In this document: piece after piece, positions 18,937-27,335 of the stretch
Layout: each line of letters opens with the position of its first letter
How positions within the stretch are numbered: the first letter of the stretch is position 1
From: an uncultured Nitrospina sp.
GTDB lineage: Bacteria; Nitrospinota; Nitrospinia; Nitrospinales; VA-1
Assembly (NCBI GenBank): GCA_964570185.1
Contig: CAZMXD010000003.1
Coordinates: 1-34,983, forward strand
Length of the DNA stretch: 34,983 nucleotides
Direction of reading: 5' to 3'
The notes under the pieces: generated by a model
What the model was told of the DNA's origin: nothing
The model's database searches: none
The model's input: only the letters and a program-made list of their open reading frames with translations
Program-made: the position numbers and the translations under genes

Positions 18937-19183
18937 TGCATCCCCCTTCCAAATAATTTTTCATACTAGGTTTAAGTACCCGTCCTTGGGGTTGCTTCCT
19001 GACAAACGAAACTCTTATCAATAAAAAATCAATTATTTGATAAAGCTTTAGTAATCTCGTCCGATAAGAGAATCAGCTACCAAGAATCCTTTTTAATAAA
19101 TACTTCAAAAAATATATAAGAGCTTAACAATTTTCTTTCCCAAAGTTGCCTGACCCAGAAAAGATTATAGCCCTACGCTAGTT

Positions 19184-19210
19184 TAATCGGCAAAAATTAA
19201 CCAAACTTTA
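19184..19210 (-). promoter_or_regulatory. Near-consensus sigma-28 (FliA) promoter TAAAGTTT-N11-GCCGATTA
   Basis: The minus strand reads TAAAGTTTggttaatttttGCCGATTA. This matches 15 of 16 positions of the enteric consensus TAAAGTTT-N11-GCCGATAA and is oriented toward the 206-aa gene. Confidence 0.65.
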
Positions 19211-19345
19211 GTTATAAATTAAGTTTTTTTTTAAAAATTTTTATAGCTCAACAGTCAGGAGGGTCTAGTTTTGACTTAAAAAATGCTTATCTTGTTAAAA
19301 TTCAATATTTTAGATGGTTGGTATCAAATTAGCTTGAAAATGCGA

Positions 19346-19933
19346 TTAGTGCGTATTTTTTAATTTGGCGAGGATAGTTTGCCATTCTTTGTAAAAAGGG
19401 ATCATTTCATACTCCAAAATATCTGCCAAAAGCACCCAGTCCTGATTCTTATTCGCTTCGAGCATCTGGCTCATAAGATCGGTCAGTTTGACTTGCCGCA
19501 GGCGCAAGGTATCTTCAGGCTCTGATCCTTTGCCTTGGGCGCCCATAACCATATTTATAACTTCGGAAAACCAGTCCATTCCATCCAGAATTTGAATGTA
19601 ATACTTATTTGCTTCCTGCTCGTTTCCCATACGAAACAAATCTGCCGCCTGATCAAAACCGGGAATTAGCTTTTCCAAATATTCCATCGCATTAGAAAGG
19701 TTGGTTGCCAAAAGATCCTTCAAATTAGCCAATTCAACTTCCAAGGAACTAATATCAGCAGGTTTTTTTTGTAGAATTTCTTGGTCATCGGCGGGGAATT
19801 CTTTTTGATCAAGCCAGATACGCCTGATATAGGAACCAGGTGTATTTTTTACCATCATGCCAAGAATCGCTTCTAACGTTTCACCCTTTAACTCCGGTTC
19901 TTCCTGCTCTACCCCATTGATGGTTAATTTCAT
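19346..19933 (-). CDS. Hypothetical 195-aa cytoplasmic protein
   Basis: Clean ORF with coding-like composition. N-terminus MKLTINGVEQ... No motif recognised. Confidence 0.6.
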   Translation of the reverse strand: MKLTINGVEQEEPELKGETLEAILGMMVKNTPGSYIRRIWLDQKEFPADDQEILQKKPADISSLEVELANLKDLLATNLSNAMEYLEKLIPGFDQAADLFRMGNEQEANKYYIQILDGMDWFSEVINMVMGAQGKGSEPEDTLRLRQVKLTDLMSQMLEANKNQDWVLLADILEYEMIPFYKEWQTILAKLKNTH

Positions 19934-20047
19934 CTAGGTTTCCCCTTATTTTTAAATCACGCAATTTTAAACCCCTCCTTAATCCTTTGCAACCCCGGCA
20001 AACAGGCTTACTTTATGTCTAATAATTAAACTACCACCTAAAAAAAT

Positions 20048-22192
20048 TTAACCATACTTTCTTCTCCACCGGTTGATTCTTTCAATCCAAGCCAGAGTTT
20101 TTTCGGTGATATTATTTTTTTTCCAATTTCCAGCTGCAAATTTATTTGCTTCAGCCAAGGTGGGATAGATATGTATAGTTTCCAGTATTTTATTCATGCC
20201 AAACCCGTGTTTCATTGCGGCGACATATTCTGAAATAATATCGCCTGCGTGCAGTCCCGCAATAGTCACACCAATAATTTTATCTTTACCAGGTACCGTC
20301 AACACCTTAACAATTCCAGTAGCAGCCTCCTCAGTAATAGCGCGATCCAGATCATTTATTCCATAAGTGGTGACCTCATATGGAATACCTTGTTCTTTAG
20401 CCTCGATTTCGTTCAAACCCGAGCGCGCTACCTCCGGGTCGGTAAAGGTCGACCAGGGAACGGTACTGTAGTCTACTTTGAATCCGTAAAATGGCGTTAA
20501 CATGGAGTTTACAGCGCAGTACCAAGCTTGGTGCGCGGCAGTATGCGTGAATTGATAAGGACCGGCAACATCCCCGCATGCATAAATATTCGGGATGTTG
20601 GTTTTCATATATTCGTCCACTCTTATAGTTTTTTCGAGTGTCAACTCCACACCAAGTTCTTCCAATCCAAATCCTGTTGTGTTCGCTTTTCTTCCTAATG
20701 CAACTAATAGAGTGTCAAACTCTACTTCAACAGAAATCCCATTATGTTGACATTCTAAAAAATCTTTTCCATCCCGTTTAAAAAATCTTTTTGGCGTATG
20801 TCCCGCTAACACCCTGATCCCGTCATTTTGAAAACTTTCCAAAACCATCTGCGAAATTTCCGGGTCTTCTTTTGGTATCAGCCGATGGTTTCGTTGAACC
20901 TGGGTAACATTACATCCAAGACGAACAAAAGCCTGCGCTAATTCAGAACCAACGGGGCCACCACCCAGTACAAGAAGGTTTTTAGGTTGTTCGCGAATAT
21001 TCCATATAGTGTCAGATGTCAGAAACTTAACATTTTCAATTCCTTTAATAGACGGGATGGAGGGACGCGCTCCAGTAGCAATGACAATATTCCGTGTCGC
21101 AAGAACTTTTCCATTTACCAAAACCTCATAAGGAGAAAATATTTTTGCCTCTCCAATATGACATTCTACCCCCAGGGAAGTATAACGCTCTATAGAATCA
21201 TGCGGCTCCACTGTTTTAATAATGCGTTGCACCCGCTCCATCACATCCGCAAAATCAAACTCGGCATGCGCGCTTTTAAAACCCAGCTTTTGACATTTTT
21301 TAATTTCGGCCATGAATTTGGCCGAGCGGATCAGGGCTTTACTGGGAACACACCCCGTATTTAAACAATCTCCGCCCATTTTATGTTTTTCTATTAACGC
21401 AACTTTTCCTTTTGTCGAAGCGCCTATATAGCTTGTAACCAAGCCTGCCGATCCAGCTCCGATCACCACCATATTGTAGTCAAAAACTTTTGGTTTCTTA
21501 AAACGCTTCAAAACCTTTTTAGTTTTAAAAAAGCTTGCGAGTTTTCTTGCCAACAAAGGAAAAATCCCCAATAGGACAAATGAAAAAATTATATCTGGAG
21601 AAAGGATGCCATTTAATGATTCTATTTGAGAAAGTTGCATGCCTGCATTTATAAAAACAATGGTTCCTGACAACATACCAATTTGACTGACCCAATAAAA
21701 GGTTGTCGCCTTCATACGGGTCAGACCCATCACAAGATTAATGACAAAGAAGGGAACAGCAGGAATTAACCGGAGGGTGAAAAGATAAAAACCTCCGTCT
21801 TTTTCAAAACCATCATTGAATGATTTTAAGTAATCACTAAATTTATTTTGAACCCAGTCACGCAACAATAACCTTGAGGCAAGAAAAGCAAGTGTCGCGC
21901 CGATGCTACTGGCAAAAGAAACCAGTATTGTTCCCACCAGCAAGCCAAACATAGCGCCAGCCAATAAGGTAAGGAGTGCCGCCCCAGGCAAAGAAAGAGC
22001 CGCCGTAATAATATAGACAGCCATATAAAGACTTATCGCCAACAGAGTATTTGCTTCATAAAATTCTGAAAAACTGGCTTGCCTCTCTTTAATATATTCA
22101 AGAGATAGGTATTGACCTAGATCCAAATAAAAAAAGACCCCCAAACAGGCAGCAACAAAAAAAACCATGCTGATTTGTTTTAAGTTTTTCAT
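20048..22192 (-). CDS. Fusion of a TVP38/TMEM64 (DedA-superfamily) membrane domain and a class I pyridine nucleotide-disulfide oxidoreductase
   Basis: The N-terminal ~230 aa are polytopic with the LPGAALLTLLAGAMFG...IGATLAFLASRLL pattern. They are followed by VVIGAGSAGL (FAD), the redox-active GGDCLNTGCVPSK motif, an NAD-binding GGGPVGSE motif and a C-terminal HIYPTLAE dyad. Confidence 0.85.
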   Translation of the reverse strand: MKNLKQISMVFFVAACLGVFFYLDLGQYLSLEYIKERQASFSEFYEANTLLAISLYMAVYIITAALSLPGAALLTLLAGAMFGLLVGTILVSFASSIGATLAFLASRLLLRDWVQNKFSDYLKSFNDGFEKDGGFYLFTLRLIPAVPFFVINLVMGLTRMKATTFYWVSQIGMLSGTIVFINAGMQLSQIESLNGILSPDIIFSFVLLGIFPLLARKLASFFKTKKVLKRFKKPKVFDYNMVVIGAGSAGLVTSYIGASTKGKVALIEKHKMGGDCLNTGCVPSKALIRSAKFMAEIKKCQKLGFKSAHAEFDFADVMERVQRIIKTVEPHDSIERYTSLGVECHIGEAKIFSPYEVLVNGKVLATRNIVIATGARPSIPSIKGIENVKFLTSDTIWNIREQPKNLLVLGGGPVGSELAQAFVRLGCNVTQVQRNHRLIPKEDPEISQMVLESFQNDGIRVLAGHTPKRFFKRDGKDFLECQHNGISVEVEFDTLLVALGRKANTTGFGLEELGVELTLEKTIRVDEYMKTNIPNIYACGDVAGPYQFTHTAAHQAWYCAVNSMLTPFYGFKVDYSTVPWSTFTDPEVARSGLNEIEAKEQGIPYEVTTYGINDLDRAITEEAATGIVKVLTVPGKDKIIGVTIAGLHAGDIISEYVAAMKHGFGMNKILETIHIYPTLAEANKFAAGNWKKNNITEKTLAWIERINRWRRKYG

Positions 22193-22316
22193 AAGTCCTC
22201 TTTTACCCTTTATTAAATATCCTGAAAGACCCTCGGTTCGGTTAGATTAAGGCACGGCTTCAAGTATATCCACTTTCTAATGCTACAAAACCTTAAGCCT
22301 TTAGGAAGAAAGAGTC

Positions 22317-22345
22317 TTGACCACATTCCCTTGAAATGCTATTAA
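22317..22345 (+). promoter_or_regulatory. Sigma-70-like promoter TTGACC-N17-TATTAA
   Basis: Sequence is TTGACCacattcccttgaaatgcTATTAA, about 75 nt upstream of the ATG at 22423. Confidence 0.4.
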
Positions 22346-22422
22346 TTTGTATCCTAAATTTTATCTACACAAGTAGCCCTGTTTTACTTGTCGTTAATAA
22401 CTGTTTTGTTGGAGAAATACCC

Positions 22423-22626
22423 ATGGAAATCAATGAAATTAGAGTAGAAATCAGAAAACATCATGTGACCCCTGGGGTCAATGTATTGGACCTTATTATT
22501 GATGCCGATGGAGAAAAGATCCGCCAACAGACCCAACATAAAGATACCGATCAGGCTTTCCAAAAATTTGTGAAAGACCTCACCAAAGTAGGTCAGGAAC
22601 TCGCCAACGCCCGAATCGAAGGCTAA
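22423..22626 (+). CDS. Small hypothetical protein (67 aa)
   Basis: The ATG at 22423 is preceded by GGAGAAATACCC. The longer tracked ORF (from 22336) has a hydrophobic low-complexity leader that is probably untranslated. Confidence 0.45.
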   Translation: MEINEIRVEIRKHHVTPGVNVLDLIIDADGEKIRQQTQHKDTDQAFQKFVKDLTKVGQELANARIEG

Positions 22627-22763
22627 GCCCTTAAAAGGGTAGGCTATGGTAACCGTAAAGTCAGATTTCATGCCCCATAGGAAAAGAGCCAGAGCCGCTG
22701 TCTATAATTTTATTCTGATCGTATCCTATCATACAAAGTTAAAAGATGATTTGGTTTAACACC

Positions 22764-23099
22764 CTAACCGTTAGGACTGTAGCGAGGCACATTCGGATCT
22801 ACCACTTGAGACCATGCATCGATACCACCCGTTAGATTATAAACATTGAATCCGCATTCAACTAGTTCCTGAGCGGCTAATTGAGAGCGCTCCCCATAGT
22901 GGCAAATCACCACAATTTCTTCCTCCAAGGCAAACTCTTGTTGACGGTCAACGACTTCCCCCATCGGAAAGTTTTCTGATCCATCAATGGAGGCAAGCGC
23001 AAATTCCCATCCTTCACGCACGTCGAGCAAAAAGATGTCCTCTCCATTATCTAATTTTTTTTTCAGTTCAATGGCTTGTAGTTGCTTGACAGAGTTCAT
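22764..23099 (-). CDS. Single-domain rhodanese (sulfurtransferase)
   Basis: 111 aa with active-site loop CHYGERS (C-x2-G-x-R-S), GlpE/PspE-like in size. Starts 6 nt after the stop of the upstream permease. Confidence 0.85.
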   Translation of the reverse strand: MNSVKQLQAIELKKKLDNGEDIFLLDVREGWEFALASIDGSENFPMGEVVDRQQEFALEEEIVVICHYGERSQLAAQELVECGFNVYNLTGGIDAWSQVVDPNVPRYSPNG

Positions 23100-23105
23100 G
23101 GCTTA

Positions 23106-24563
23106 TTAATGAAACCCGATTGCCGGCCAATAAAAAACTAGCAAGATTAAAAAAAACCCCAATCCAAAAAGACTTAGAAGCGAGCCAGACCAGATCATTT
23201 CTTTTAAGGTTAGGAACCTTGAAGAATAAGCCAGCGCGGAAGCAGGGGTGGCGATCGGTAATATAAACGCAAAGTTGCTTGGTAAAATTACCGTCATAGT
23301 TGCTAAACCAGGGTGGATTCCATAGGCTGGACTCATACTAATAGCAGTAGGTAAAAGAATAGCAATGACAGCTGAGTTGCTCATAAATGTCGTAAATAAG
23401 GTCGATAGCATAGCAAGAACCAAAAGGAACACATTCGGGGATTCTACAAAACCCGAGAACAGTTTTTCCGCAAGCCACAAAGCTGCGCCAGTCTCCGCCA
23501 TGACCTCTCCCAAACAAATTGCTCCGCCATACATCATAACAATTGCCCAATTAATATGATCTTCCACCATTTTCCAAGTGATGAGATTTAGCAAAAACAA
23601 AAGGACTATTGAAATTATGGCTATATTGGCAATTCCTAATTGATCCCCAAAAACAAACCAAGAAAAAAGGGTCATTATCATGACCAGAGCGATACCTTTT
23701 TCTTGAAAGGTCACCTTACCCATGAGATGGGATTTTTGTTCTAAAGTCTTTTTTGCTGCTTCAATATCTTGAATATCTGGAGGAAATAAAAGCTTCAAAA
23801 ATATCCAGCCCCCTACAAACATTGCTAAAACGAGAGGAAAACTCAATTGGGTATATTGAAGAATACCAATTGATTGAGTTCCGGAAGTAGATTTTTCTAG
23901 CATTTCGACCGCAAGCGGGACCCTTCCGCCGCCCAGAACGGTCATGGCCCCTCCGATGATACACCCCCATGCCATGGCAAAGTACATACCCTTACCAAAA
24001 ATCGAATTTTCTCTTTTTAAGTTTAGTGATTGCGCGATTTCGTGAATGATTGGAAAAAGGATTACGGCTACCGCATGCTCCGACATAAAACAAGAACTGA
24101 TGCCCGCAAAGCAATATATAGAAGTAATTAATTGTGATGGCGTATTACTCCAGTATTTCATCACATAGATAGAAATTCTTGTACTTAGTCCGCATGCGAT
24201 CATAGAGGCGGATAGTATAAAAACACCAAGTATAAAAAATACGGCTTTGTTGCCAAAATAAGAGTAGGCCTTTGATGCTTCCATGACTCCTAATAAGGGA
24301 ACAGCTGCAATGGCCAATAAACTGGTTATGGATAATGGAATCAGATTGGTCGACCATAGCAAGACACAAAGGAAAAAAAGGCAAAGTACTTTGTAGCCTT
24401 CTTCTGAAAGGTCACTGGGACCTTCAAAGGTTATCAACAGGACAAAGAAAGTCCCAAAGAAAAGGGCCAGAAACAAATATCTACGCAGCCTATCAAACAG
24501 CACGATCCAAAGCGGACGACGGTCCACAAAAATCTGTTGGGGCTCTGAATGGGGTTCGATCAT
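23106..24563 (-). CDS. DASS/SLC13-type (ArsB/NhaD superfamily) anion permease
   Basis: 485 aa with about 12 or more TM segments and the characteristic FMSNSAVIAILLP hairpin motif near the C-terminal repeat. Confidence 0.75.
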   Translation of the reverse strand: MIEPHSEPQQIFVDRRPLWIVLFDRLRRYLFLALFFGTFFVLLITFEGPSDLSEEGYKVLCLFFLCVLLWSTNLIPLSITSLLAIAAVPLLGVMEASKAYSYFGNKAVFFILGVFILSASMIACGLSTRISIYVMKYWSNTPSQLITSIYCFAGISSCFMSEHAVAVILFPIIHEIAQSLNLKRENSIFGKGMYFAMAWGCIIGGAMTVLGGGRVPLAVEMLEKSTSGTQSIGILQYTQLSFPLVLAMFVGGWIFLKLLFPPDIQDIEAAKKTLEQKSHLMGKVTFQEKGIALVMIMTLFSWFVFGDQLGIANIAIISIVLLFLLNLITWKMVEDHINWAIVMMYGGAICLGEVMAETGAALWLAEKLFSGFVESPNVFLLVLAMLSTLFTTFMSNSAVIAILLPTAISMSPAYGIHPGLATMTVILPSNFAFILPIATPASALAYSSRFLTLKEMIWSGSLLSLFGLGFFLILLVFYWPAIGFH

Positions 24564-24743
24564 GATGGTATTAAAGCTGTTTTGGATAATTTTTATGCGA
24601 TGAAACGACCTCAGATCATAACCCGACCCATCGCTGGTGGCAATAGGTCAAAGTCTGTAAAGCAAAAGAACGCTTGTCCTCTTTTACAACTGGCTGCCTC
24701 TTTATTAGGGAAGACGTAAATACGTAAGGTTGAAAATGGCTTG

Positions 24744-25778
24744 TTAAACTTTTGCCAACTGCTCTTTGGGCGTGCAAATAGTTGTTTGCGAGGTATCGAT
24801 CTGGTCAATAGTCCATAAGTCGCAATTACCACAGGTATCTCGATAGTTTTTGCGAAAATAATCAAACTTACCGTTTTGCCAGATACTTTTTATACTACCA
24901 GTAAGCAGGTTCCCCATTTTTGAATTGGGCAGAAGACAGCATGGCGTAACATGACCTTCGCGAGTAACGTAGGCATAGTCGAAAGTTTTCAAGCAATGAC
25001 TTCCTGATTTGTGCAGTTTTTTACGTAAGAGTTTATAGAAAAACCGGGTGATTCCGTAAGACACGGAATATTGTAACCAGTCCAGTTGAATTCCTACAGC
25101 TTGGGCTATTTCAGCTGCTTTCAGGTAAATGAGTTTTTCTTCCCTGGCATCAGGTCTTTTCAAATTAGGCCGAAATTGACGATCCAGTCTGCCCACATTC
25201 ACCACATCACAGCCAATTCGTCCTCCATATCGAATAACATCATAGAGATCATTTTCGCAACCTGAATGAATCGTGGCTTGCAGACGCACACTAGGAATTT
25301 TGCCTTTACGTTCGCGAATCACGGCTTCAATATTTTCGTACACTTTTGAACTAGTGTGTCCTTCAACCACGGTTTCATTACCATTGATACTATCGATAGA
25401 AAATGTGACGCTGTCTAATCCAGATTTAAGAATATCCCTAACGACATCCGGTTTGGTGAACAGGCCATTGGAAGTAATCATTACCCGATGCCCGCGTTCT
25501 TTGCAGTAAGCAATCATATCGAATACCCTTGGATGTATGAAGGGCTCTCCCCAACCGGTGAGCGTAATATCCTCGGAGTTATTCAATTTATCTATGACGG
25601 TAATAAAATTAGACCATTCCATATGTTCCAGCTCAATACCCAAATCTTCTCTTTGGCACATGGGGCAATCCATATTGCAGCGATTGGTGATTTCAATTTG
25701 GACTTGTTGCGGACGATCCGGGATTTTGTACCGCAGCCGGTTTATCGTCTCTTTGATTAGGTGAAATGGATTATTCAT
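24744..25778 (-). CDS. Radical SAM enzyme with C-terminal SPASM/twitch-like Cys-rich domain
   Basis: Has the CNMDCPMC (CxxxCxxC) cluster at residues ~34-41. C-terminal cysteines lie in HCLKTF...VTPCCLLP...RDTCGNCDLW. Confidence 0.8.
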   Translation of the reverse strand: MNNPFHLIKETINRLRYKIPDRPQQVQIEITNRCNMDCPMCQREDLGIELEHMEWSNFITVIDKLNNSEDITLTGWGEPFIHPRVFDMIAYCKERGHRVMITSNGLFTKPDVVRDILKSGLDSVTFSIDSINGNETVVEGHTSSKVYENIEAVIRERKGKIPSVRLQATIHSGCENDLYDVIRYGGRIGCDVVNVGRLDRQFRPNLKRPDAREEKLIYLKAAEIAQAVGIQLDWLQYSVSYGITRFFYKLLRKKLHKSGSHCLKTFDYAYVTREGHVTPCCLLPNSKMGNLLTGSIKSIWQNGKFDYFRKNYRDTCGNCDLWTIDQIDTSQTTICTPKEQLAKV

Positions 25779-26033
25779 GTAATAGTTGTAGACAGGCTTA
25801 TATTGACTTTAAATATTTTACTCCATAAAAATCAATTGCCTACAAATTTTTTTGGGATTCCGGGTTTTCAATGTTATCTTTAATTACCTTGTATTCTCTG
25901 CGGATTTTCCAATAGAAAACTCAAGCATTCTGTGAATATTAAAACGAGTGTTTTGAGGAAATAAAAAATAAATAAATTCTGGGGAAACCCGTATTCTCAT
26001 CGGACCCCCGCCCACTTTGAAAGGTTTTGCTTA

Positions 26034-27335
26034 ATGGGTATGACGATTACAGAAAAAATTCTTGCTGCCCACGCCGGGAAAAAAGCGGTCTCACCCGGTG
26101 ATAATATTTGGGTGGATGTAGATGTGTTGATGACGCACGATGTTTGCGGGCCAGGTACTTTCGCGATATTCAAAAAACAATTTGGTGAAAATGCCAAAGT
26201 GTGGGATCGAGATAAAGTAGTCATTATCCCCGATCATTTTATTTTTACCAAAGACACTCACGCAAATAGGAATATTGACATCCTGAGGGAGTTTGTAAAA
26301 GAACAAGACCTTCCACATTATTACGATGTGGGAACAGATAATTATAAAGGTGTATGCCATCTGGCTCTTGCTCAGGAAGGGTTTAATCGCCCCGGCGAGG
26401 TTTTATTCGGAACGGATTCGCACACTTCCACATCAGGTGCTTTTGGAATGTTTTCAACAGGAATAGGAAATACGGACGCCGCGTTTATTCTGGGAACAGG
26501 AAAACTGTGGGTGAAAGTTCCCGAATCCATGTGCTTCGAATTTACCGGAAAATTTCCGGACCATATCATGGCGAAGGATGTCATCCTTAATGTCATTGGT
26601 GATATTGGTGTTGATGGCGCGACCTATAGGTCAATGGAATGGCGCGGGGAAGCAGTGATGAGTCTATCCATGGAAGAACGCATGACGCTATGCAATATGG
26701 CCATTGAGGCAGGAGGCAAAAATGGGATCATTGAGGCAGATACCGTGACCACAGATTACGTAAGACAACGTACCGACAGGCCTTACAAAATCTATCAATC
26801 GGATGAGGATGCTAAGTATATTTTCAAAAAGACCTACAATGCCAGCGAGATGGAACCTATTGTTGCCAAACCACATTCACCTGATAATAAAGCCAGGGTT
26901 TCCGAATGTGTAGATGTAAAGCTTGACAGAGCTTATATTGGCTCTTGTACGGGTGGAAAATTAACAGACTTTATGGCCGCAGCTAAACTCCTTAAAGGTA
27001 AAAAAGTACAAATCGACACTTTTATTGTTCCCGCTACACGAGAAGTGGAAGATGATCTTCACAAGGAAAAAATTGGCAGTGAATCATTGATTGATATCTT
27101 TAAAAATGCCGGAGCGCATTTAGGCGAGCCCTCGTGTGCGGCATGTTTGGGGGGACCCAAAGATACTTTTGGTCGGGCGGGAGATAATCAAGTAGTGATT
27201 TCGACCACCAATCGCAACTTTCCCGGAAGAATGGGCTCAAAGCAATCGCATGTGTATTTGGCGTCTCCCTATACGGCTGCCGCATCCGCATTGACCGGAC
27301 ATATTACAAATCCTGCAGAATTTGTTAATAACTGA
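26034..27335 (+). CDS. leuC: 3-isopropylmalate/(homo)aconitate-type dehydratase, large subunit (short archaeal-type LeuC)
   Basis: 433 aa. Motifs include TITEKILAAH...VDVLMTHDVCGPG, GTDSHTSTSGAFG, Fe-S ligand cysteines in GSCTGG and CAACLG, and TNRNFPGRMG. Confidence 0.85.
   Translation: MGMTITEKILAAHAGKKAVSPGDNIWVDVDVLMTHDVCGPGTFAIFKKQFGENAKVWDRDKVVIIPDHFIFTKDTHANRNIDILREFVKEQDLPHYYDVGTDNYKGVCHLALAQEGFNRPGEVLFGTDSHTSTSGAFGMFSTGIGNTDAAFILGTGKLWVKVPESMCFEFTGKFPDHIMAKDVILNVIGDIGVDGATYRSMEWRGEAVMSLSMEERMTLCNMAIEAGGKNGIIEADTVTTDYVRQRTDRPYKIYQSDEDAKYIFKKTYNASEMEPIVAKPHSPDNKARVSECVDVKLDRAYIGSCTGGKLTDFMAAAKLLKGKKVQIDTFIVPATREVEDDLHKEKIGSESLIDIFKNAGAHLGEPSCAACLGGPKDTFGRAGDNQVVISTTNRNFPGRMGSKQSHVYLASPYTAAASALTGHITNPAEFVNN

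Noticed and set aside
19283-19363. 26-codon plus-strand ORF (MLILLKFNILDGWYQISLKMRLVRIF) downstream of the plus-strand sigma-28-like motif
   Set aside because: The AGGAGGG sequence lies ~19 nt upstream, too far for an RBS. The ORF runs into the 3' end of the convergent 195-aa gene, and there is no supporting feature.
20048-22192. Mercuric reductase (MerA) assignment for the flavoprotein domain
   Set aside because: There is no C-terminal Cys-Cys pair, no HMA (GMTCxxC) domain and no mer operon context.
24611-24865. 84-aa ORF as a RiPP precursor for the radical SAM/SPASM enzyme
   Set aside because: It overlaps the enzyme's 3' end in another frame, has no RBS, and has no Cys/Ser/Thr-rich core or leader-like features. 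It is most likely a shadow ORF.
25980-25993. Shared 14/15-mer TGGGGAAA[C/T]CCGTA at 25980 and 30889 as a common operator
   Set aside because: A back-of-envelope estimate gives tens of such one-mismatch 15-mer pairs by chance in a 35-kb window read on both strands. There is no palindromy or positional logic.
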